Origin: Paraspadella gotoi
Taxonomy: Eukaryota > Animalia > Chaetognatha
Assembly (NCBI GenBank): GCA_051294375.1
Contig: CM119268.1
Location: 19,390,203 to 19,446,490 of the forward strand
DNA length: 56,288 nt
Direction of reading: 5' to 3'
The translations under genes were made by a program, and so were the position numbers. The notes beneath the pieces are model-generated. The model did not search any database. It was not told the DNA's origin and saw only the letters and a program-made list of their open reading frames with translations. Below, piece after piece: positions 38,738-49,325 of this stretch. Within the stretch, counting starts at the first letter, position 1. Every line of letters begins with the position of its first letter.

Positions 38738-41145
38738 TTAAAAAACAATTTCCAATGAATGTGATTTTTGTTTTTCCCTTGCCGCTCGCTTGATTCCACC
38801 AGAACTTTATGTCAAGCCCACACTTTCCAACCAACACACAATATTTCATCTCAATTAATCCATTTAATTGTGAATAATTTGAATAATTGTGAGTAAATAT
38901 AATTCGATAAATTCAAAAAATGTCACTTTTGTTTTTTCCATTTAAACTCAATTCCACTCGCATGATTCCTTCAAAACTTTATATCCAGCTCAATTACACA
39001 GTTTCTTAACCAGACACTAAATTTCAGCTATATCCATCCCTCCAATTATGATTAATTAGAGTTAATGTAGGTTAAAAGATTCAATTAAATGTAACTAATG
39101 TTTTTTCATTTAAACTCATTTCCACTCACATGATTCCATTGAAACTTTATATCCTGCTTAGTCACACAATTTTCCAACCTCACAAAATTTCATTCCAATC
39201 CATTCTTCTAATCACGAGTAATTGGAGTTTTTTGGAAAGGCGGGACGGACAGACAGACGGACGGACATCATTTTTTTTCATAATTTATCATAATTAGATG
39301 TTCTGACATGATTTGAGTGAGTGCCCGACAAGATTTAAGGGGGGGGACCGACGGACCGACAAAGTGGATTATAGAGTCGGGATCTACCTGTAAGCAGATC
39401 CGACTAAAAACCCCACGACGAAGATCCTCTAATCAGCGGCGTCGTTAGCGATTCGTCTTAAAGTTATTAAAGTTGTCTCTTTCTTCTTTTTTCTCCATCA
39501 ACTGAGAACATTCTTCTTCTCCTGCTTCTTCTTCTTCTTCTTCTTCTTCTTCTTCTTCTTCTTCTTCTTCTTCTTCTTCTTCTTCTTCTTCTACAGAGTT
39601 CGGACTTGAATCTTACCCCCTTAATTGATCCTTAATTAATTTTGTTTTACAAAATTGTTTTATTTTTTATATCAGAAGAATCGATAAGGATTTTTCTATC
39701 TTTTGGATTGTAATTAGTTTTGCTATATCGAAAAACATTAGTATGGGAAGCAACTGAAAACCATGAGTCATGTTTTCTCCGCACCCAAAAGCCAAATAGT
39801 TAAAAATCAACTACATATAAATATTTGCACTCCTGCAAAATTGGGTGGGTTTCCAAAACTTAGTGGGTTTCTTTATAGTGATATTGAGAAAGTATTGTTT
39901 ATGGATTTCTCAAAAAAAAGTATAATATCTAGCATAAGCCAAAATTGTATAACAAGTAATATCAATCAATTCGTACTTTAAAATTTTATATCTTAAAAAA
40001 ATTGAAGCTGCAGTATGCTGCAGTAACTTGAAATACCGTACAATTATCGGGATTAGGTCCCTGACATATAAACCATCGATCTATGTTATTTCTACGGCAT
40101 AATATACTATGTTACTAGTATAGAGTAAGATTGCCTTTAATATAATTTCTACGAATTTTGGCCTCAGGACATTATGCCCCATCTAATACAGTATCATCTA
40201 AATTCATTTGCATATTGCAGTATGGGGCGAATTAAATGTAACACTCAACAGTTGACCTTGCAAAAACAAGTTTGAGCAAACAATGTCGGATCTGCCTACA
40301 ATAATTAATTAATTAATTAATTAATTAATTAATTAATTAATTAATTAATTAATCGATAAATTAATTAATTAACTAATTTTAATATGTAATAGTTAATTTT
40401 AAATTTATATTTATGTTTACATTTTATCAAAACAAACAAATATCCTCTTGTAGTGGTAGTATTTCATACCCCACTACTCGTCCGGAGAATCAGCAGCCTA
40501 TGGCGCCGGAGGTAGCACGAGCTCCTCCCAACCCAAAGGACTCGGGTTCGCGCCCTGCTGATTCACACAAGTAAAAGCGGGACGGGGCGTCTAACCCACC
40601 TGTAGTGTCGGACTACAGCCCGATCCGAAGTTCGGACCTTGTGTGCAACGGACGGTAAACTGCTCGCGGCATCGTCTTCCACATTGGTGAGCCCACACGA
40701 ACACGCTGGCACGTTAATACACCTCTGCCCGCCATGTTAACACACCTCTGCCCTCGACCATCGTGTGTGAAGACGGGAGCAGGAATAGGCAGCCCCTCCT
40801 AAGAGTGCTCGGGCACAACGCGTGCATCATAGCCATCCACACTTGCGCGGTGTGTGATGCCTCGGGGGGGATGTGTAGTGGTAGTATTTCATACCCCACT
40901 ACTCGTCCAAGAATCAGCAGCACCTATGGCGCCGGAGGTAGCACGAGCTCCTCCCAACCCAAAAGGCTCGGTTCGCGCCCTGCTTATTCACCAAGTAAAA
41001 GCGGGATGGGGCGTCTAACCCACCTGTAATGTCGGACTACAGCTCGATCCAAAGTTCGGGACCTTGTGTGCAACGGACGGTAAACTGCTCGCGGGGCATC
41101 GTCTTCCACACTCTATTTTATTTTATGTCTCCTTCTCTTCTCTCA

Positions 41146-41183
<38 letters not shown>

Positions 41184-42715
41184 TTATGCAATTGCGACGA
41201 TCTTTATGCTTTTAAGATTTTTTTAACTTGCATCATTTTTTCACATTAATTAATTAATTAATTAATTAAAACATTTATTAGTAATCATTAATATTAAAGA
41301 TTCAATTAAATGTGACTTATTGTTTTTTCCATCTAAACTCATTTCCACTGGCACAATTCCGTCAAAACTTTATATAATTATTATATAATATAAATATTTT
41401 AAAAGCTTCAGTGCAATAACCCAATGAACTAATTCAAAAAGTTACATTGAAAATCGATTTAGTAAGTAGAAGGAAAAAAGAAATTTTTTGAGAGAACTAG
41501 AAGTTATAAAAAGTGTTCAATTTTGGCCCGCCTTACTAGATATATTGCAATGAAAATTGGTACAACCAATATAAAAATTATCCATTCATTTAATAAATAA
41601 GCTATCTTGCCCCTGACTTTGGACAGGCTTGGTGGTTTAAAGGCCTTCATCACTCTTACAAGATAATAATATAGCAGGTCCCTGCAAGCTTTTAAATCAA
41701 GACTCTCTCACAGTCTCGTTTATTCAATCCCAGAGTACCGTGGCTTCCCTATCAATGAAGTGGAAAATATTTCAAAGAATGTTTCAATTGTATTAAAAGA
41801 CCACTCCCTTAAGTATTAGATCGGGGAATACTTATTGTACTCCGCACTAGCATCAAAATACAAGGAGCTGAATTTTATGAAATTGGTACAACCAATATAT
41901 AAAAATTATCCATGTCATTTAATAAATAAGCTATCTTGCCCCTGACTTTTGGACAGGCCTTTGGTGGTTTTAAGGCCTCCATCACCTTACAAGATAATGA
42001 CATAGCAGGTCCTGCAAGCTTTCAATCAAGACTCTCTCACAGTCTCGTTTATTCAATCCCAGAGTACCTGGCTTCCCTATCAATGAAGTGGAAAATATTA
42101 CAAAGAATGTTTCAATTGTATGAAAAAACCACTCCCTTAAGTATTAGATCGGGGAATAATTATTGTACTCCGCACTAGCATCAAAATACAAGGAGCTGAA
42201 TTTTATGAAATTGGTACAAACCAATATAAAAATTATCCATTCATTTAATAAATAAGCTATCTTGCCCCTGACTTTGGACAGGCTTTGGTGGTTTAAGGCC
42301 TCCATCACTCTTACAAGATAATGACATAGCAGGTCCTGCAAGCTTTCCAATCAAGACTCTCTCACAGTCTCGTTTATTCAATCCCAGAGTACCTGGCTTC
42401 CCTATCAATGAAGTGGAAAAATATATCAAAAATGTTTCAATTGTAATGAAAAGACCACTCCCTTAAGTATTAGATGGGGAATACTTATTGTACTCCGCAC
42501 TAGCATCAAAATACAAGGAGATGAATTTTAATGAAATTGGTACAACCAATTATAAAATTATCCATTCATTTAATAAATAAGCTATCTGCATGTGATTAAA
42601 CAATGTTATCGGAATAATAATTTTATCAATTTTATGTATTTTGTAAGTATTTTAAGTATTTTTATTCAGAGTGAGTAAAATAACAACTTTTTTATTCGCT
42701 AATTTTTATCTCGGA

Positions 42716-42751
<36 letters not shown>

Positions 42752-42755
42752 TCTC

Positions 42756-42821
<66 letters not shown>

Positions 42822-44185
42822 CTCTCTCTCTCTTTGCAATTGCAACGATCCTTATGCTCATTTTTTTGCTAAAATAAGTAAGTAAAATAAGTAAAATAAG
42901 TAAAAAGATTCAAGTTAATGTAACTCATATTTTTTTCATTTAAACTCATTTCCACTCGTACGTTTCCACCGAAACTTTATATCAAGCATCGTTACACATT
43001 TTTCTACCCACACAAAAAAATTTGAACTCAATCTATCCATCCAATTATGATTAATTAGAGTACTTATTGGTTAAAATAAAGTAAAAATATTTTAGTAAAT
43101 GCGACTTATGTTTTTTTTCATTTCCACTCACACGATTCCGTCGAAACTTTATATCCAGCTTTATCACACACTTTCCTACCCACACACAAAATTTCATTCC
43201 AATCCAACCAGCCAATCACGAGTTATTGGAGCTTTTGTGCTAAGGTGGGACGGATGGACAGATTGATTGACTGATTAATTAATTATTGATTAATTAATTG
43301 ACTAATTGATTAATTAACTGATTAATTATTTGATTTATTAATACATCCTGTATATACATTTAATATAAAAGGAAAAATAATCATAATCAATTAGTGAAAC
43401 AGGTTTTTAGTTTTTTTCTATTTAAACTCATTTCCACTCAAAAGATTCCATCGATACTTGGTTTCCTGTTCAATCACACACTTTTCTACTCACATACAAA
43501 ATTCACAGGTCAATCGATAATTAAGTGGTAATAAGCTAACTTGGTCAACTTGCATAATTTTAATCAACTTGCATAATTTGGTCAACTGACATAATTTGGT
43601 CTACTGACATAATTTGGTCAACTGACATAATTTGGTCAACTGACATAATTTGGTCAACTTGAAGAGGCTGGTTTTACAGGGCGCCACACCCAGCGATGTC
43701 ACCTCGTGGCGAAAGCGAGACAGCATGTTCATGTAGTCCAGAGCTTTGAATCTTGCAGTAGGCCCATGCCTACAGGCGGGTTACCCGGTCCATCCCACTT
43801 TCTACTTGACAACCTCATGGCTCGAACCAGGGACGCACATTGGGATGGTGCATTAGTCCACTGAGCCACTGAGGCGCTGCGAAAGAAACAGCTTTAATCC
43901 ATCTGTGGTGATAGGACCACCAGACACTGACATAATTTGGTCAACTGACATAATTTGATCAATTAAGATAATTTGGTCAACCGGCATAATTTGGTCAACT
44001 GGCATAATTTTATCAACTGCCTAATTTGGACAACTGGCATAATTTGGTCAACAGGCATAATTTGATCAACTTGCAGAACTTGATCAACTTGCAGAATTTG
44101 GTCAACTGGCATAATTTGCTCAACTTTAAGAATTTGGTCAACTGGAATATTTTTGTCAATTGGCATAATTTGGTCAATCAATCAG

Positions 44186-44234
<49 letters not shown>

Positions 44235-45675
44235 TAATCAATCAATCAATCATAGAGAGATAGAGAGAGAGAAACTTTAAAAAATTCAAATAAATGTGTC
44301 TTTTGGTTTTCTAATTTGAACTCTTTTCCACTCCTACGATTCCATCAAAAAATTTATATCCAGCTTTATCACATACTTTCCTACCCACACACAAAATTCA
44401 ATTTCGATTTATCTATCCAATTTTAAATAAACATAATAATTATGAGTAAATTTAAGTAAAAATACTTCAAGTAAATATGACTTTTTGTTTTTTTCCATTT
44501 TAACTCATTTCCACTCGTACGATTCTATCGAAACTTTAATATCCAGCTCAATCACACACTTTCCTACCATCAATACAAAATTTCAAGTCAATTGCCCTAT
44601 CCACTCATGAGCAATTGGCGTTCAAATAGTGAAATATATTTTTTTGATTTTTCCATTTAAACCAATTTCCACTCGCACGATTCCCTCTAAACTTATATCC
44701 ATCTCAATCACACAGTTACCTACCCACACACAAAATTTCATACCAATCCATCCATCCAATCACGAGTAATTGGAGTTTTTTGCTAAGGTGGGACGGACGG
44801 ACGGACGGACGGACGGACGGACGGACGGACGGACGGACGGACGGACGGACGGACGGACGGACGGACGGACGGACGGACGGACAGACAGACAGACAGACAG
44901 ACGGACAGACGGACATCGTTTTTTTTTCATAATTAATCATAATTCGATGTTCTGACATGATATAAGTGTGTGCCCGACAATATTGAGGGGGCGGACCGAC
45001 GGACCGACAAGGTGAATTATAGAGTCGGGATCTGCTGATAAGCTGATAAAATTGAAGTTTGTGATCCAGCTTATGTCAGGTACTCATTTATGAAGTATAC
45101 CTTTCATAGGACCCTTCCAAAGATAAGTAGACGATATGAAAAAGTCTTTACATTCTGTGTATTCAATAATGGGCCGAGATTGATGTAATTCCGGTTACAA
45201 GTACTGTTGAGTAGACCTTGCCAAAAAATTTGAAGTTTGTGATCCAGCTTAGTAGAAGGTCTCAAAACGAACTTCATACATGCGCGGATGTTTTACAATA
45301 TTCCTTTTTTTTTTTAATTATGGGAAATGCTGCCAACTTTTCAAAAAATGCTGAAAAACTGAAAAATTAGGGCATTTCTTCAATATCTCGAGGGCATTAA
45401 GTATACTCAAGCGAAATCAGTTTTAATCATTAAAGCGTAAAAAACTGTACATGTTGGACACCTTACTTGATGAATTAAGTGCATTTTCTATTAAATGGTG
45501 ATTTTTTAATACTCGATGTCTTGTATTTTTCATCAAAAAATCTTATAAAAGGGTTATTTTTTAATATTTTTTAAAAAGCTTGCTTCATAAATTTAGGTAA
45601 CTCTTTATAAACAGAGAATTGGCTAATTATTGGTAGCAATATTTTTTTCAAATTCTTATCGGTTTATGAATTATG

Positions 45676-45751
<76 letters not shown>

Positions 45752-46083
45752 GTTTCCACTCTTCCTCCTCCTCCTCTTCCCTCCCCAAGCTCCTCTACCA
45801 ACTCGCTCCATTCTGCATCTCCATCGAGGACAAGCGAGCGGTGGAGCGAGGAAAGCTGCTCTACGCAAAGATCGTGACTCCGACCCAGCGGAATCCTAAC
45901 GACATCACCCCGCGCGCCGGAAAGGCTCGTCCGCATCCGCCCGAGTACCCGGATCATCACAACAACCTCTTCGAACCGATCGTCATGAAGGAGGACGACG
46001 ACGAAGGGGAAGGCGGAGATGTGGACGAGTCGGAAGCGTACCCGCCGCGGAGGGGGCGCAAGTACTGGAGGGGGGATGAGTAG
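30505..46083 (+). CDS. RMDN/RMD-1 (FAM82, regulator of microtubule dynamics) family TPR protein, 10 exons, ~607 aa: 30505-30660, 30849-31221, 32491-32734, 35023-35171, 35332-35452, 37064-37205, 37375-37513, 37588-37664, 37763-37891, 45790-46083
   Basis: All introns are GT-AG and the exon phases chain into one 1824-nt open frame from ATG to TAG. The translation has RMDN-type motifs in the expected order: VDEADRLF, DPQLLWRMAR, CHLWFGIVLAKLG, KRIKIGIMARQHMERAAQINPLDPIPNFALAKWHYEFCKL, NIETAMRYSEKANTLSP, RNVYLMCEIFYILGYKEKAKYHL, IEDKRAVERGKLL. The family was recognised from memory of RMDN1-3; orthology is not resolved. Exons 1-3 are supported by phase and composition only. Confidence 0.85.
32128..32435. 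repeat. 16-bp minisatellite (TGTCGTCAATATCAAC)n in RMDN intron 2
   Basis: Directly visible tandem array. Confidence 0.92.
33372..34946. mobile_element. Dispersed repeat, probably a DNA-transposon remnant; a diverged inverted copy lies at ~54177-55318
   Basis: 34700-34946 matches the reverse complement of 54177-54420, and the match continues to ~33930 and 33372-33445. This copy carries an extra ~480 bp. Confidence 0.7.
35985..36061 (-). ncRNA. Twister ribozyme, partly degenerate (family D); predicted cleavage 36037|36036
   Basis: The reverse complement reads AAGG GA CGGA GCGC U UAA CCCC CUGUAA-CACGGUA-UUACAG CCUGA UCCG AA GC UCAUGG A. T1 (CGGA:UCCG) is perfect, but the T2 purine appears lost. 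Confidence 0.7.
36073..36320. repeat. 13-bp minisatellite (CGCCGGGCTATAA)n, ~19 copies
   Basis: Directly visible tandem array. Confidence 0.95.
37978..39410 (-). mobile_element. HINE-like element (same family), in RMDN intron 9
   Basis: Starts AAACAACTTTGAGCAAACAATGTCGGATCTGCC and ends GGGATCTACCTGTAAGCAGATCCGACTAAAAA. Contains (GGAC/AGAC)n and the 18-bp satellite. Confidence 0.75.
38186..38668. repeat. 18-bp satellite (TTGGTCAACTGGCATAAT)n; also at ~43540-43659, ~43927-44180, and inverted/diverged at ~26975-27260
   Basis: Directly visible. It always lies inside HINE-like elements. Confidence 0.92.
40564..40645 (+). ncRNA. Twister ribozyme, P5-type (family B copy 1); predicted cleavage U40592|A40593
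   Basis: CACACAAG(P5) UAAAA GCGG(P2') GA CGGG(T1') GCGU C UAA CCC AC(T2) CUGUAGU-GUCGG-ACUACAG(P3) CCCGA UCCG AA GU UCGG(P4/L4) AC CUUGUGUG(P5'). T2 is AC:GU here versus GC:GC in families A and C. Confidence 0.88.
40989..41070 (+). ncRNA. Twister ribozyme (family B copy 2); predicted cleavage U41016|A41017
   Basis: Same fold. The T1 pseudoknot shows a compensatory change relative to copy 1 (CGGG:UCCG becomes UGGG:UCCA). Confidence 0.88.
41380..41535. repeat. Dispersed AT-rich repeat fragment shared with ~11010-11170 (+) and ~20090-20245 (-)
   Basis: GCTTCAGTGCAA..CCAATGAACTAATTCAAAAAG..GAAAATCGATTTAGTA..CAATTTTGGCCCGCC is present at all three sites. Confidence 0.7.
41550..42587. repeat. ~327-bp tandem repeat, 3.2 near-identical copies
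   Basis: ATGAAATTGGTACAACCAAT recurs at ~41550, 41877, 42205 and 42531. Confidence 0.95.
43660..43926 (-). mobile_element. Family C tRNA-head + twister element inserted into an 18-bp satellite array
   Basis: A box TGGCTCAGTGG and B box GGTTCGAGCC on the minus strand (~43812-43875). The satellite resumes in register on both sides, with ACT possibly duplicated. Confidence 0.75.
43726..43811 (-). ncRNA. Twister ribozyme, P5-type (family C); predicted cleavage 43783|43782
   Basis: The reverse complement reads UGUCAAGUAG AAA GUGG GA UGGA CCGG G UAA CCC GC CUGUAGGC-AUGG-GCCUACUG CAAGA UUCA AA GC UCUGG A CUACAUGAACA. T1 is UGGA:UUCA and T2 is GC:GC. Confidence 0.8.
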
Positions 46084-46290
46084 AGAAGGGGGAAAGAAGT
46101 GAGAGTGGCCAGCGGACGTTGAGGGATGAAAGACCGACGACGACGACGACGAGGACGAATGAGATGAGCGGTGAATGGAGTGGCGCGTGGCGCGGTGAGT
46201 GGCCGCAGGCCAAGAGAGCCGGAAGGGGGGAAAGCAAACGGATGAGAAAGTGAGAGCGAGACAATGGGCGGAAAGAAAAAAGTGCTAGAA

Positions 46291-46389
<99 letters not shown>

Positions 46390-46479
46390 AGGAACATAGA
46401 AAAAACGAGGCGGGAAAAAAAAGAAAAGATCATAATCGCGCCGCGCCATTGAAAAAGGGAAAGAGAGCGGATGGTGTTG

Positions 46480-46512
46480 AGAGAGAAAGAGAGAGAGAAG
46501 AGAGAGAGAGAG

Positions 46513-46562
<50 letters not shown>

Positions 46563-46783
46563 CAAAGAAGACGAGAGAAAGAAAGAGAGAAGAGAGAGAG
46601 AAGAGCAGAGAGAGCAGGAAAGGTCGGTAACTTAAATTTTTTCCTTCACAATATAAAGGCGGCAAAGATCAAAAGACATTATTGGATTTTTATTTCAATT
46701 CAAACCTAAAAATCTTTTTAGGAAAAAAATAATTCTGGACATTTAGATTTCCTATCTCCTCTCTCTCTCTCTCTCCTCTCTCT

Positions 46784-46837
<54 letters not shown>

Positions 46838-47050
46838 CCTCTGCTCTCCTCAATTTTTACTTCCTTCCCTTTTTCCCTTTCACTCACTCTCTCTTTTTTC
46901 TTCCTTACACTCTCTATCTTTTTCTTCTCCCNNNNNNNNNNNNNNNNNNNNNNNNNGAGTGAGGAAGAAAAAGAATAGAGAGTGTAAGGAAGAAAAAAGA
47001 GAGAGTGAGTGAAAGGGAAAAAGGGAAGGAAGTAAAAATTGAGGAGAGCA

Positions 47051-47139
<89 letters not shown>

Positions 47140-47324
47140 TAAATGTCCAGAATTATTTTTTTTCCTAAAAAGATTTTTAGGTTTGAATTGAAATAAAAAT
47201 CCAATAATGTCTTTTGATCTTTGCGCCTTTATTGTGAAGGAAAATTTAGTTACGACTTTCTCTCTCTCTGACTCTCTCTCTCTCTCTTTCTCTCTTTCTT
47301 CTCTCTGTCTGTTCTGACTGTCTT

Positions 47325-47400
<76 letters not shown>

Positions 47401-47410
47401 CTCTCTCTTC
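46480..47410. repeat. ~0.9-kb inverted duplication centred on a 25-N gap (46932-46956)
   Basis: 46622-46931 is the reverse complement of 46957-47258. The flanking GA and CT tracts also mirror. Confidence 0.9.
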
Positions 47411-49120
47411 TTGTTTCTCACGCGGACAACAACGCGACAACAAAACAAGAGATTCCCCCGCGGTTTCCTTTGATGTCCACCGCCTCCTCGTCCGAGGAAC
47501 TTCAGGTGCGGAAGAGGAGGGGGTGGTGCTGTTGTGCGCAGAGTGTGGTTTAGTGGGAGAGTGGAGGAAAGTGTAGTAAAGAGAAATAACTAAAATAAGG
47601 GTGTCGTAGTGAAATCGTTGTTGCAGGTTGAAAAATAGATGATTTTTGTTTTGTACAGACTTACGTTATGGTTGGAAATCAGAATTTTATCTCTAGAAAA
47701 ATTTGAAATTTGACTGAAGGTTTTTGCGATTGGGTTACTTAATGCAGATTCGGTTATACTTTATATTCATCATGGTCAATTAATTACGTATTAGCAACAC
47801 TAAGTCTAATTTTGAAGACAACAAATTTTAATAGATAATGAGTTGAGTGATCGGGGCTTTTAAGAATAATATTAATAAAATGTCAAAGCGATGAATACAA
47901 TGAGTAGTATGGTAATAATGTTTTCTACTTTGAAGAACCCCTGACGTTTACGAGCCTTTAATCGAAATTAAAATTTAAGAGGGAGAGTGAGAGGCGCGAC
48001 ATTTTTCACCGAAGATTTTAACGAAGGCAAGGAGAGATCACAACGGCGATGGACAACGGGCGCCCAAAACGTCAGCGGACAGCGACGTTGTCGACGACGA
48101 CGACGACGACGAAGACGAAGACAACGACGATTATTTTTTGGAACAGAATAGCAAAGACCGAAGAAGAAAAACTCGTGAATTATGCAAATCGTTTTAAGGT
48201 TTTTCTTTTTTTTTCCTCTGCATACATAGACAACGAAAGCGTCTACTTCCTGGATTATTCAAAAGAGAAACAGAGATACAGAAAAGTTGAGGGAAGAATA
48301 AGAGAAGAAATCAACGAGATAGAAGAGAGAGAGAAAAAAAAGGAAAAACAGAAAAAGAAAGAGAAGGAAGAAATGAAAAAAATATTCCTTCTGCTTGATA
48401 GGATAAAAAACGATGGAGGGAAAGGGGGGGAAAGGGAGGAAAGGGAGGAAAGGGAGAGAGAAGAGGAAAGAGAAAAAAGGGAGAAATGGGAGGAATGGGA
48501 GAAAGGAGAGGAAAGAGAGGAAAAGGGAGGAAAGCGAAGAATGAGAGAGAGAAGAGGAAAGGGAAAAAGGAGAGGAATGGGAGAGAGGAGAGGAAAGGCA
48601 GGAAAAGGTAGGAAAGGGAGGAAAAGGGAGGAAAGGGAGAGAGAAGAGGAAAGGGAGGAAAGGAATAAAAGGAAAAGAAAGGGAAGAAAAGGCGGGAAGG
48701 AAGAGATAAAAGGGAGGAAAGGGAGGAAAGGACTAGATGGAAAATGGTAAAAGAGATTTTTATAAAAAAATGAAAGGAAAATATGAATTTAGGAAGAGTG
48801 TGAGGGTAAATACATACTTAGCGATATTCATGGAAAAGAAAAGAAAAGAAAAGAAAAGAAAAGAAAAGAAAACGAAAGAAAACGAAAGAACAAAATGATT
48901 GGGAAAAATGAATGAATGAGACGAGTAAAGGTACAAAACAGGAGAAAAAAACGGAGAAAATAAGGAGATAAATTAAGATAAGGATTCGAAAGGAGAGAGA
49001 ATTATATTGAGAAAAAATAAGGGCAAAAAATGGGTAAGGCCTAAAAAAGGGTAAAGCCTTGAGGAGTTTAAAGCTGAGAGTACAGATTGGAGGAAAACGA
49101 AAAGAAGGGAAAAGAATCAC

Positions 49121-49325
49121 TTGGGGGTGAAAATGGCGATAAGAGAATCTCCACTGGAAATCGAGCGAGATTTGTGACAATAAAATCCAGATAATGCGCG
49201 GGCGGGCGTCGTTGATGGCGGTAATGCCAGCATCCTTAATGGCGACATTGCCAGTATCCTTGATGGCTACATTGCCAGCATCCTTTATGGCGATGCTGTC
49301 GGCGTCATTGTGGTGATGCAAAAAT
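49121..49325 (-). CDS. Candidate exon containing a 24-bp (AIKDAGNV-like) repeat
   Basis: TTTTCAG acceptor, GT donor, and only one open frame on the minus strand. Strand is not certain. Confidence 0.25.

Larger units (their letters stand above)
40449..41110 (+). mobile_element. Family B tRNA-head + twister element, 1.55 tandem copies of a ~425-bp unit
   Basis: TGTAGTGGTAGTATTTCATACCCCACTAC occurs at 40449 and 40874. A box TGGCGCCGGAGG and B-box-like GGTTCGCGCCC are present, and the head is closed by GAATCAGCAG/CTGCTGATTC. Confidence 0.85.
40262..45050 (-). mobile_element. HINE-like element(s), expanded by nested families B and C, a 327-bp array and satellites
   Basis: Same termini as the other copies, with a (GGAC)n tract at ~44790-44912 and repeated central blocks. 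Confidence 0.65.

Noticed and set aside
38124-38849. ORFs with DQIMPV or QLTKLC hexapeptide repeats
   Set aside because: They are translations of the 18-bp satellite inside a HINE-like element within an intron.
43668-43730. HDV-like P3/L3 motif GUC-ACCUCGU-GGC antisense to family C
   Set aside because: P1, P1.1 and P2 could not be completed.
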